A DNA stretch of 64,000 nt, taken from the IMG/VR virus record IMGVR_UViG_3300033182_000980, positions 248,001-312,000 of that record; one strand, 5' to 3'. The notes below the pieces were generated by a model. It made no database searches. It saw only the letters and a program-made list of their open reading frames with translations, and was not told the origin of the DNA. This document shows positions 26,815-34,883 of this stretch, piece after piece. Position 1 is the stretch's first letter. Each line of letters opens with the position of its first letter. The position numbers and the translations under genes are program-made.

Positions 26815-27858
26815 ATGAAAGTCATTGAGAACACGAAAGGCTTGGTCTATTTCCATGCCCCCAAGTCTAAAGAAAAGCACATCACCAAGACATTAACCGA
26901 GGATCTTTTTTCCGACATCGGTAATGATATGTACGAGAACAGGCTTACCGACTGGGACGGATTCAGCTGGAGTGGTGAGGAGACTGATGCTTTCTTTGAT
27001 GAATGTATGCCCATTGTTCGTAAGAACATAACACTAGAAGTCTTTCCTCGAAGCAGATATGGGTACGACTGTACGATGTTTCGTTTCCATCTTGACTTTG
27101 CAGGCATGGAGCGAGACTTAGCTCGTAAGATCAGAACTCTAAAGTTAAAGGGTAAGCGTTCATCAAGGGATAGGGTAGAGGGTTGGAGTATCACAGTCCC
27201 TTCACTAGCTTTCAATCATGTGTCCTCTGCTTTAAAGAGCATTGGTATTAAATGGGAGTCATCTAAAACATCTAGCTACAATGGAGAGCTAAACATGAGA
27301 AGATCAGCATCAGAAATCATCAATGACCTTGAATCCCGTATTGCCCGACTTGAGTCGGGAAGTTTCAATGTCGGAGATCAAGTAGAATGTGTTGTGCTTG
27401 GAAAACAAGTCAAAGGGGCTATCAAAGCAGACCACTTTGGAAAGTATGTCTTTGTAGACTTTGGCAGTCAAACTCTAGCTGTGCCTTATGAGGACTGTGA
27501 GCTTGTTAATCAAACGACTGCACCTTGGAATCCCAAAGATATGTTTAGGGATCTAGCTAGGTCTTTCCCTAGTTTACCTAGAGGTCAAGCGTACTCTAAA
27601 AATGGTAGTACCCAAATCATTGTGTCCGACATTGGAAAACATTCAGCTCGGATTAATATAGCTGGTCCTACCTATGGAGTCGCCAAAAAGATCATGGCAA
27701 AGATTAGTAAGTTGCTCGCTAAAAAGTATGGGTTTGAAATGGTGAGGTATGACACCCTAGCACTTAATGATGGGAGCGGATACAAGTATACGATTGAAAT
27801 GAGTTCTATGGGGTCAATCAGTTTCGGTTCTAGTGTAGAGACTATTAGGTTGTATTAA
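26815..27858 (+). CDS. Hypothetical two-module protein with internal MRRSASE leader at 27295
   Basis: GGAG RBS before ATG 26815; internal GGAGAG + ATG at 27295 encoding MRRSASEIINDLESRIARLE. Confidence 0.6.
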   Translation: MKVIENTKGLVYFHAPKSKEKHITKTLTEDLFSDIGNDMYENRLTDWDGFSWSGEETDAFFDECMPIVRKNITLEVFPRSRYGYDCTMFRFHLDFAGMERDLARKIRTLKLKGKRSSRDRVEGWSITVPSLAFNHVSSALKSIGIKWESSKTSSYNGELNMRRSASEIINDLESRIARLESGSFNVGDQVECVVLGKQVKGAIKADHFGKYVFVDFGSQTLAVPYEDCELVNQTTAPWNPKDMFRDLARSFPSLPRGQAYSKNGSTQIIVSDIGKHSARINIAGPTYGVAKKIMAKISKLLAKKYGFEMVRYDTLALNDGSGYKYTIEMSSMGSISFGSSVETIRLY

Positions 27859-28181
27859 AATCTAGGTTCTCTACCTCGACACCATTTGGACTCATCTTCA
27901 GTCCAATAGAGCCTAGCCTTACCACGCTTCTTCTTTAGAGCCATCTCTGCTTTCATGGCTTCTGATCTGTTAGCGTATGTGCCATAGGTACACATCAACA
28001 CCCAAGGTCGGTGCTTAGAGGTGTACTTAGCACCGCCTTTGATTTCTCCATTGTGCTGCCGTAGCCTCCGATTAACATCTGTGGTGCTACCCACATAGAA
28101 GAAACCAGGTAGCTGTTTACCTGTCTTAGCTGATCTTCTGATCTGCTGACTCTGAATGACATATACGACCCATTCGCTCAT
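27855..28181 (-). CDS. GIY-YIG nuclease (SLX1-like)
   Basis: WVVYVI...FYVGSTTDVNRRLRQHNGEIKGGAKYT...RPW; start MSEW with AAGGA RBS. Confidence 0.9.
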   Translation of the reverse strand: MSEWVVYVIQSQQIRRSAKTGKQLPGFFYVGSTTDVNRRLRQHNGEIKGGAKYTSKHRPWVLMCTYGTYANRSEAMKAEMALKKKRGKARLYWTEDESKWCRGREPRF

Positions 28182-28186
28182 GTTTG

Positions 28187-28198
28187 TAGTTCCTTTAT
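28187..28198 (+). promoter_or_regulatory. Putative late promoter (TAGTTCCTTTAT)
   Basis: Matches the motif, 41 nt upstream of the ATG at 28239. Confidence 0.6.
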
Positions 28199-28238
28199 AT
28201 CTTGTCACATAGCGATTATATGACGAAGGAATAATACC

Positions 28239-28689
28239 ATGAGAAATCATAACAAGATGGCAAGTCGGGTCGCATATCGCTACATGAAGCAAGCTGGACT
28301 TTTGAGCAAGATTGTAAACTTCTTCTCGGAGTCTCCTCGTGAGAAAGCAAAGAAGCCAGTTTACGATGTCGCTAAGTTTTGGGTGACCGCAGGGATGTAT
28401 GGCACGACTATGGGAGAGGTTTCTAGGGAGCTAAAAACTCAAAGGCAAAGACACAGCGATTATTGATGTCAATGGTCGTAAAGTTAAGCTCTCTCTTGAG
28501 ATGGATCGTGTTAAGATGAAAGATGACGGAGGCATCAAAGGCAACATCTTCGTTGCGATTTCTCTTACAGGGGTAGACGAGAATGTTCCTAAGAGGGATC
28601 TTGAAAAGATGCTTATGCAGATTGTGAAAGAGACTCGTCTTAGGAATGTGTTTACCTCAACCCCTGTGGAACACCCAAGGATGGGCTAG
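28239..28689 (+). pseudogene. RVAYRY-tagged gene split by a +1 frameshift in an A5 run (28433-28437); sequencing error, pseudogene or programmed shift
   Basis: Removing one A joins 28239..28466 and 28501..28689 into a 149-aa ORF (...SRELKLKGKDTAIIDVNGRKVKLSLEMDRV...). Confidence 0.6.
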
Positions 28690-29270
28690 ACCTCTAAGCT
28701 CACCCCAAAGAGCCGACCTTCCGACACCCTGTCGATCTTAATCGACTTCATACCTTGTAGGTTCAGAGACTCTGTGGACAGCTCACCAATCGTGAGGCTT
28801 GACCCTGTGGTGAGGGTGAACATCAGACCTCCGATGTTCACCTCTTTAGTGTCGGTGTTAGTCGGCTCTGATGGAGGTTCTTCACTAGAGGATGTATCAC
28901 CATTCTCCATGATGCTGTGCATCTGATCCCTAAACTTCTTTGGAAGCTCACAGCCGTACAGCCCTTTAAGGTGGCTATTGAGCTGATTGACCGACTTAAA
29001 CCTGTGGCATACCTTCTTTGAGTATTCGAGGATTGAGGCATGGATGAGGACTTTCTCTCCACCTTGAGCACCCCTTTGAGAAGCGTACCTACGGATCGTT
29101 TTTAAAGCACTCGTAAAAAGCTCTTTATCGACTGACCAATTTGGGTGCTTGTGCTGGTGCAGTACAGTCCAGATGTGGTCTGGACTCACTGGATTCTTTT
29201 GACCATGATCGAGGTCAAGGTACTTCATAGGGTTGTGTAGGATGTCCTTTGCCATTGATGACAGGCTCAT
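28686..29270 (-). CDS. Hypothetical protein sharing a C-terminal domain with 29273..30499
   Basis: IGGLMFT...LTIGEL...IKIDRVSEGRLFGV. Confidence 0.6.
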   Translation of the reverse strand: MSLSSMAKDILHNPMKYLDLDHGQKNPVSPDHIWTVLHQHKHPNWSVDKELFTSALKTIRRYASQRGAQGGEKVLIHASILEYSKKVCHRFKSVNQLNSHLKGLYGCELPKKFRDQMHSIMENGDTSSSEEPPSEPTNTDTKEVNIGGLMFTLTTGSSLTIGELSTESLNLQGMKSIKIDRVSEGRLFGVSLEV

Positions 29271-29272
29271 GT

Positions 29273-30499
29273 TTAACCTTTCTTGATCTTAACCCCATAC
29301 AGGGTGTTGTTTTCAATGCGATCTACTTCGAGGTTGATGCCACCGTAAATGTGGATTCCACCCTCTAGCTGTACCTCCCCGATACAGATCACATTGTCGT
29401 TGGGAGTGATTTTAAGAGTACCGAGTAGGACATAAGGTTCTGTCGGTGATTGCTCTTGAGTTGAGACAGGAAGCTCAACAGTCGGATCTTCCTCGATGAT
29501 TGGATTTTGAGCCATTAAGTCATCGCATTCCTCTTGAGTCATAGGTACGACCATGTTCTCCTCTGCTGTGGCTTCGACCACTGCAACAAAGGCTTCCTCT
29601 CGCTCTCGCTTGTTCTTCTTAGCTTTGGGGCGTCCAGGCTTTGGGAAGTGTTCGTCTATGACCTCCACAGTTTCGGGAGACAAGCTATCAATGCTCAACC
29701 CGAAGATCAGCTTTAGAGCATAGTTAAGGTTAGACTTACTTTGAAAGTCTCTTAGGTTCGTTCCTAGATAAGCATCACGCACCCATTGGTCAGCGATCAT
29801 TTTCACTTGACCTAGACCCAAGCTACCCTCTTTGAAAGACTTAAAGACCTCGATCAGCTTAAAGTACGGAGACTTGCCTTTATTGACGATATGGAGAGGT
29901 TGAAGAGTTGCCTTTCGCCCTTCGAGTGAAGCCACACGATTGAGCATATTCCGAGTTGTCTCTGAACTCTCTTTAGAGTAGCTGACCCAAAGACGATCCC
30001 ACTTAGCGACCATTCGCTTCTTACCATCACGAACCCAAGGCATACGCTCGTAGGCATCTTTGCCTGTAAAGACCCCCTCATCGTCCATGCCGAGAAGGGG
30101 TAAAACAAAGAAGTGTTCGCCTAGAAACTCGTTCCAAGTCTCATAAAGGTCAAGCTCCTCTTGAGTGGTATCTAGGTCGGTGCTGATGGGTAACTGATAG
30201 CAATGCCTTATGTCTGTCTCGGCTATTGCTGTCTTGTGCGAGCACTCGATAAACTTGACATTAGCCTTAGTAGCCTCTTGTCTAGCCCAGTTTCTTAAGC
30301 TGTGGTTGCAGTTGGATTTGAGGACAAGGACTAGGTCAGTACCAGAAGGTATATCCTCTCTGCGATCTGCCGATTGATCCCAAGTCTTGTGGTTGCCGAT
30401 GACGAGCTGAAGCTCTTTGCCGAAACGCTTGTTAAGGCGTTCGACAAACTTAGAAGCGAACTTGGACTCGCCTCCGATAACGAATGTGTTCTGTTGCAT
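29273..30499 (-). CDS. DUF2325-like N-terminal domain protein
   Basis: FVIGG...IPSGTDLVLVLKSNCNHSLRNWARQEATKANVKFIEC resembles DUF2325; AGGAG RBS. Confidence 0.55.
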   Translation of the reverse strand: MQQNTFVIGGESKFASKFVERLNKRFGKELQLVIGNHKTWDQSADRREDIPSGTDLVLVLKSNCNHSLRNWARQEATKANVKFIECSHKTAIAETDIRHCYQLPISTDLDTTQEELDLYETWNEFLGEHFFVLPLLGMDDEGVFTGKDAYERMPWVRDGKKRMVAKWDRLWVSYSKESSETTRNMLNRVASLEGRKATLQPLHIVNKGKSPYFKLIEVFKSFKEGSLGLGQVKMIADQWVRDAYLGTNLRDFQSKSNLNYALKLIFGLSIDSLSPETVEVIDEHFPKPGRPKAKKNKREREEAFVAVVEATAEENMVVPMTQEECDDLMAQNPIIEEDPTVELPVSTQEQSPTEPYVLLGTLKITPNDNVICIGEVQLEGGIHIYGGINLEVDRIENNTLYGVKIKKG

Positions 30500-30552
30500 G
30501 GTACTCCTTTGAGAGTGGATTGATAGAGAGGGCTTCCCCCAAGACCCTTATA

Positions 30553-30834
30553 TTATTCAGCCTCGATGGTAGCCGAACAGTTGGTTGCAAAGACGGAGTC
30601 GCCCTCGACGGTCAAGAAAGACCAGATACCCGACCGACCTCCGTAGGAGTTATAAGGGTGTCGCTTGGTCTGATAGTTAGTCCACCCTGTCGGTCCTTCA
30701 CATGAGATGGTGTAGACCTTAGAGGTATCGGACATCTCTCTGTCGGGTCGGGTCGATACTGCGTTCTCATAGCTTGCATTGGGGCTACAAGCTACAGCGA
30801 GTAGGGCTAAGACTGTAAAAGCAATCGCTTTCAT
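30553..30834 (-). CDS. Small lipoprotein
   Basis: MKAIAFTVLALLAVA-C lipobox; AAAGGA RBS; early motif upstream. Confidence 0.7.
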   Translation of the reverse strand: MKAIAFTVLALLAVACSPNASYENAVSTRPDREMSDTSKVYTISCEGPTGWTNYQTKRHPYNSYGGRSGIWSFLTVEGDSVFATNCSATIEAE

Positions 30835-30885
30835 GGTATTGTGTCCTTTCAAGACTGTTAAGAGCAACATCGCTCGATACTAGAC

Positions 30886-30902
30886 GATAGATAAGGGGAT
30901 AC
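30886..30902 (-). promoter_or_regulatory. Putative early promoter (GTATCCCCTTATCTATC)
   Basis: Variant of GTAACCCCTTATCTATA. Confidence 0.55.
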
Positions 30903-30906
30903 AACC

Positions 30907-31140
30907 ATGTATTATGTTCAGAACAAGACCACAGGACAGCCACTCTATTACACGCATAAAGGCAAGGTAGAGAAGGTCTACTCGCTACGCATCGTGGCAG
31001 AAATCGAAGCCGAGAAAGCTGACCAAGCGAACCACTTAAAGACAGCCCGGATTGATGTCGTTGAGCTATCCAAGTCAGCTCGCCTATATATGGAGAACCA
31101 AGCGAGAATGTGTGGCTGTAACCCCTTATCTATACCCTAG
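30907..31140 (+). CDS. Small hypothetical protein
   Basis: AAGGGG RBS-like sequence; 77 aa. Confidence 0.45.
   Translation: MYYVQNKTTGQPLYYTHKGKVEKVYSLRIVAEIEAEKADQANHLKTARIDVVELSKSARLYMENQARMCGCNPLSIP
31118..31134 (+). promoter_or_regulatory. Putative early promoter (GTAACCCCTTATCTATA)
   Basis: Exact copy of the 17212-17228 motif. Confidence 0.65.
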
Positions 31141-31189
31141 TGTCGAGGGCAATGAAGCCCACCAACCACTCCCACTAAGGAGAACAAAA

Positions 31190-31753
31190 ATGACTGCGAC
31201 AGCAACCCCCACCCACTTTGTATGCGACCCTTGCTATGTCCTTCACACTATCGACCCAGAGGGCACTCCCCACTCTGAGGGTCTTTGGGTCAAGAGCTTC
31301 GTTGAGGCTCTTTGCAATGCCGAAGAAGCTGACGACTTTGACGGACACCTCACTTACATGGGACACCCCATCTTTGTGCATAGCACAGCACATGGTGATG
31401 GCTCATACAATGGGTCAGACGGACGCTCTTACTTTGTTGACGCAGGGATCATCGGAGCAATCCCTGTTGAGCTGATCGAGGACGAGGTAGTCCAAGAGAT
31501 GATCAAACAACCTTATGTCCGAGCTGTGAGCATGACCAAGAGTCAACTCGGTATGGCTGACTACTATGAGGGTACTTTCACCTTCTACACAAGTGAGGGC
31601 CGTCTTGAGATCGAGACTGATCCCGAAGAGGAATACAAGTGCGAGGACTGTGGTGAGGAGATCAGCGAGTATGAGTACAACGATGACGCTGTATGTAAGT
31701 GGTGTCGAGCTGACCGAGAGGAGGAGGAGCGAGAGGAGGAAGATGAGGACTAG
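31190..31753 (+). CDS. Phage hypothetical protein with C-terminal Zn ribbon and acidic tail
   Basis: DPCYVL...TAHGDGSY...VDAGIIG motifs; CEDC...CKWC; AAGGAG RBS. Confidence 0.7.
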   Translation: MTATATPTHFVCDPCYVLHTIDPEGTPHSEGLWVKSFVEALCNAEEADDFDGHLTYMGHPIFVHSTAHGDGSYNGSDGRSYFVDAGIIGAIPVELIEDEVVQEMIKQPYVRAVSMTKSQLGMADYYEGTFTFYTSEGRLEIETDPEEEYKCEDCGEEISEYEYNDDAVCKWCRADREEEEREEEDED

Positions 31754-31763
31754 GGGAAAAGTC

Positions 31764-31780
31764 GTAACCCCTTACCTATA
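31764..31780 (+). promoter_or_regulatory. Putative early promoter (GTAACCCCTTACCTATA)
   Basis: One mismatch to consensus; followed by hairpin GTGAGGA-ACGA-TCCTCAC. Confidence 0.65.
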
Positions 31781-31835
31781 ACATCCTGTGAGGAACGATC
31801 CTCACCAACTAACTACTCTGACAAGGAGAGCAAAT

Positions 31836-32204
31836 ATGAGCATGGCGATGGATCTTTACCGAGAAGTAATGAGTGAGTTTAATGATGAGAGCCCGTACTA
31901 TCGACCTCACCTCGCTGATCATGGGTATGACTACGAGGACGGATACTGGTTCGCTGTGTTCGTAAACAAAGATGTAGTCGCTCGTAAAGACTACCCTAAG
32001 TTTGGCATCAAGAAAGGCGAGAAGCATCGCTTCATCAAGAGTAAGTACATCTGTGACGAGACAGGCTGTAGCTCTTGGGAAGTGGAGCGTAAAGCTCTTT
32101 CACCCACAGTAAGCCCCACACCTGTTATGTCTGATAGAGACGCTTGGTATGCCGAGGGATATAAATCAAGTTGGACTGGATCTTGGACTCAAAAGGATAA
32201 ATAA
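31836..32204 (+). CDS. Hypothetical protein
   Basis: AAGGAG RBS before ATG 31836. Confidence 0.6.
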   Translation: MSMAMDLYREVMSEFNDESPYYRPHLADHGYDYEDGYWFAVFVNKDVVARKDYPKFGIKKGEKHRFIKSKYICDETGCSSWEVERKALSPTVSPTPVMSDRDAWYAEGYKSSWTGSWTQKDK

Positions 32205-32277
32205 TGGCATACGCTTTAATCTGTGGACTGATAGAGGTGTCAATCATAATCACCTTAATAAAGGCATGGAGGTCATA

Positions 32278-32535
32278 ATGAGACAAGTAGAAGCTATCAG
32301 CTATCTGTTAGGGCAAGACCCCCGACCTAACGGATCAAATTTTAACTGGTCGGGTATCACCCATTCGGGCGAACGCCTTAGCCTCTATTACGAGGTCAAC
32401 CGTAAACTTAGTGATCTACATTGGGTGGAGGTCATGGACTCACGAGGCGTACTAGGCTTACCTACAGATGACTTTGGTCTAGTCGGTATCAATATCTCGG
32501 ACTTACCCAAATACTTTAAGCAAGAGGAGAAATGA
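32278..32535 (+). CDS. Hypothetical protein
   Basis: GGAGG RBS before MRQVEAISY. Confidence 0.45.
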   Translation: MRQVEAISYLLGQDPRPNGSNFNWSGITHSGERLSLYYEVNRKLSDLHWVEVMDSRGVLGLPTDDFGLVGINISDLPKYFKQEEK

Positions 32536-32536
32536 A

Positions 32537-32866
32537 ATGGGTTTAGATCAATATGGTTTCGCTCGTAAAGAGGGCAAGAAAGATACACAACTCATGCAAT
32601 GGCGTAAGCACTCAAACCTTGAGGGTTGGATGCAAGAGCTTTACGCTGAAAAGGGTGGCACAGAAATGTTCAACTGCGTTGAGCTATCCCTCACCAAAGA
32701 GGATTTGTTGAGGCTCAAGGCAGAGTACAAGAGTTTAGAGGAAGCATCTGGGTTCTTTTGGGGTACAAGTCAATCCTCGGATGATGTGGACACTGGTCGC
32801 TTTATTGAGCTTGCCCTTGTCGCTTTAGAGGAGGGGTATGAGGTCATCTACACATCCTGGTGGTGA
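32537..32866 (+). CDS. Conserved phage protein (MGLDxY...WRK...GFFxG...YxSxW type)
   Basis: MGLDQY, WRKHSNLEGW, GFFWG, YTSWW; GAGGAG RBS. Confidence 0.7.
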   Translation: MGLDQYGFARKEGKKDTQLMQWRKHSNLEGWMQELYAEKGGTEMFNCVELSLTKEDLLRLKAEYKSLEEASGFFWGTSQSSDDVDTGRFIELALVALEEGYEVIYTSWW

Positions 32867-33835
32867 CGATTTATATTTTCTTTATAAGATCTCCATTGGT
32901 GCTAACCCTTAACCGACAATGGAGAATGACCTATGAGAAGATCAGCATCAGAAGTAATCAGAGAGCTTGAGTCAAGAGTCGATCAGCTTGAAAAACAAGC
33001 TGGTCTATTTGATTTCTTTCGCAGTGAGAAAACGATTCAAACCGAGACTAAAGAGCTTGAGAAGTTAGTCAAGTCTATACGAGGTGTCAGTCGTGTTGCC
33101 ATTGACATCAAAAACCGAGATCGTTGCAAAATGAAAGTAACCTATGAAGGTGAAACCCTTATTCTTAAAGGGTGGTGCAATGATGATGAGTTAGGTATTT
33201 ATGGTAAGGGCAAAAGAGCTGTCTATATACCAGGTAGTCCAGGTGTCGGACTTTTGACAACACACGGCATAAGATCAAGGGGAGGAAGACCTTCATCTAA
33301 AGGGGGGAAGATTAACACTTATGTATTTGGGGGTCAGATAAGACGAGGCAAAGTGATTACAGTCAGTCTCTACACCATGAATGGATCTCGTGTTAAAGAT
33401 ACCAAAGAACTTGAGGCTTTCTTAGATTTGATTTTAGAGGATGCACTCGATGATGGACCTCGCAAGAGGGAAGAAGAAATCGAGAGACAGAGGATTGAGA
33501 AGGAAAGGGTTGAACAGGAGAGGGTACACAACAGAAAGGTGCAGAAGGAGAGGGAAGAGCGTAAGCGTCAAAAGAGGGAGATGTTTGAAAAGAACAGACA
33601 AAAAAAGATGCAGGGTAGGCAAGCCAGCCTAAGCTCAAACCGATTAGTAAAGAGCAGAAGCCATTGGTGATGGATATGGAGTCATCTACACTTCGTGGTA
33701 GTGATTTTTATAAATTATTTATAGGTTCTCATAAGTGATCTAACCTTAACCCCTATGGAGAATGAACATGAGAAGGTCTGCTTCAGAAGTTATCAGAAAC
33801 CTTGAAATGAGGATTGCTCGTCTTGAGCGAGTTGC
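32833..33835 (+). repeat. Imperfect direct repeat (about 32833-33000 and 33671-33835): gene tail + late promoter + RBS + MRRSASE leader
   Basis: GTCATCTACAC.TC.TGGT.GTGA, TA-N5-TTTATA, CTAACC(C)TTAACC, ATGGAGAATGA, ATGAGAAG.TC.GC.TCAGAAGT.ATCAGA in both copies. Confidence 0.8.
32933..33670 (+). CDS. Hypothetical protein with MRRSASE leader (probable virion cargo)
   Basis: MRRSASEVIRELESRVDQLEKQAG; late motif at 32874-32885. Confidence 0.65.
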   Translation: MRRSASEVIRELESRVDQLEKQAGLFDFFRSEKTIQTETKELEKLVKSIRGVSRVAIDIKNRDRCKMKVTYEGETLILKGWCNDDELGIYGKGKRAVYIPGSPGVGLLTTHGIRSRGGRPSSKGGKINTYVFGGQIRRGKVITVSLYTMNGSRVKDTKELEAFLDLILEDALDDGPRKREEEIERQRIEKERVEQERVHNRKVQKEREERKRQKREMFEKNRQKKMQGRQASLSSNRLVKSRSHW

Positions 33836-34496
33836 GAAGTCAGATGGTCCAGTGCTGAAAGCCATCAATTCTTCAAATGCTTACCATCACCCGCATTATG
33901 GTGGAAGCTACACCACTGCGATGCTTTTTGAGTTAAGATCTAATAAGAGATGGGAAGCAGTCCTTGACGGAAATGTTGTCATCGTATCTCAAGGATTGAT
34001 CGACGGTAAAACCAAGACTACTAAGAAAACCTTTGATGACGGTGTTGATGCTGAACGACACTTTAGGAGAATCTTGGGTAGGAAACTTAATCAAGGTGGG
34101 GTGGATTGGACATCTGCGTTCTATGCAAAAGACGGAGATAAGAGCGAGAGAGGAAGGCATCATGGTCCTTCCGAAATAATGTATGGTCGTTATCCTACCC
34201 CTAATAACCTACAGGAGAGATACCACGCAACCGCTTTACCAGACATTAAATCTGCTCTTGACGAGTTAGAGGGTATGGCTATTCCTGCTCTTATGGAAGA
34301 TGACTTTCATAGCGGGGATAGACATCTACAACACGCACTCGTACTGATTGGTAGCCACAACGGTCATGAAGATTTGTCCACCTCATTATTTGAGGGGATC
34401 TTATCTGCCAAGCAAAACTTAAAGAGTGGATTAGACTCTGATCAAGTAATCAGAGATATATCTGATCTCGTGGATCAGATCAGACGCAAGATGTGA
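33768..34496 (+). CDS. Hypothetical protein with MRRSASE leader; weakly WGR-domain-like middle
   Basis: MRRSASEVIRNLEMRIARLERVA; SNKRWEAVLDGNVVIVSQGLIDGKTKTTKKTF...AERHF..ILGRKLNQG resembles a WGR domain; late motif at 33711-33722. Confidence 0.6.
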   Translation: MRRSASEVIRNLEMRIARLERVAKSDGPVLKAINSSNAYHHPHYGGSYTTAMLFELRSNKRWEAVLDGNVVIVSQGLIDGKTKTTKKTFDDGVDAERHFRRILGRKLNQGGVDWTSAFYAKDGDKSERGRHHGPSEIMYGRYPTPNNLQERYHATALPDIKSALDELEGMAIPALMEDDFHSGDRHLQHALVLIGSHNGHEDLSTSLFEGILSAKQNLKSGLDSDQVIRDISDLVDQIRRKM

Positions 34497-34505
34497 TTAG
34501 ATAAG

Positions 34506-34853
34506 TTAAGATTTCCACCAGTCATCGAACGCTCCCCATTCGATCATCTCATATAGGTCAGTAGGGATCGACCCGACACAATCATGGTGAAACCACTCAC
34601 CATTTTGCCTTATACGCCACTTTTTGAGTTCTTCATGTAGGTGGGCTTCCCTCCACCCTAAACCTTCAAAAGAGGCTATAAGGCGAAGCTCATGTGAAGC
34701 ACCTGTTTGGAGTTGCTTGAGTCTCTTCTTAGGGTGCTTGGATCGACCTATCTTAATCATGCCTGTCTTGCTCGCCTGGATGAAGTACAGATAGTCTCCC
34801 TGCTTTCGTTGCTTTTGCTCACGATTTCTATTTAACATTTCTTCTAAGGTCAT
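34506..34853 (-). CDS. T5orf172/MUG113-type GIY-YIG domain protein
   Basis: YLYFIQ...IKIGRSKHPKKRLKQLQTG...EAHLH...GEWF. Confidence 0.85.
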   Translation of the reverse strand: MTLEEMLNRNREQKQRKQGDYLYFIQASKTGMIKIGRSKHPKKRLKQLQTGASHELRLIASFEGLGWREAHLHEELKKWRIRQNGEWFHHDCVGSIPTDLYEMIEWGAFDDWWKS

Positions 34854-34883
34854 CGTATTACTCCTTGTGTGTATTATATGAGC

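Noticed and set aside
27855-34853. GIY-YIG genes as restriction partners of the MTases or as homing endonucleases
   Set aside because: Both are short single-domain proteins (SLX1-like and T5orf172-like) lacking recognition domains; common in large phages.
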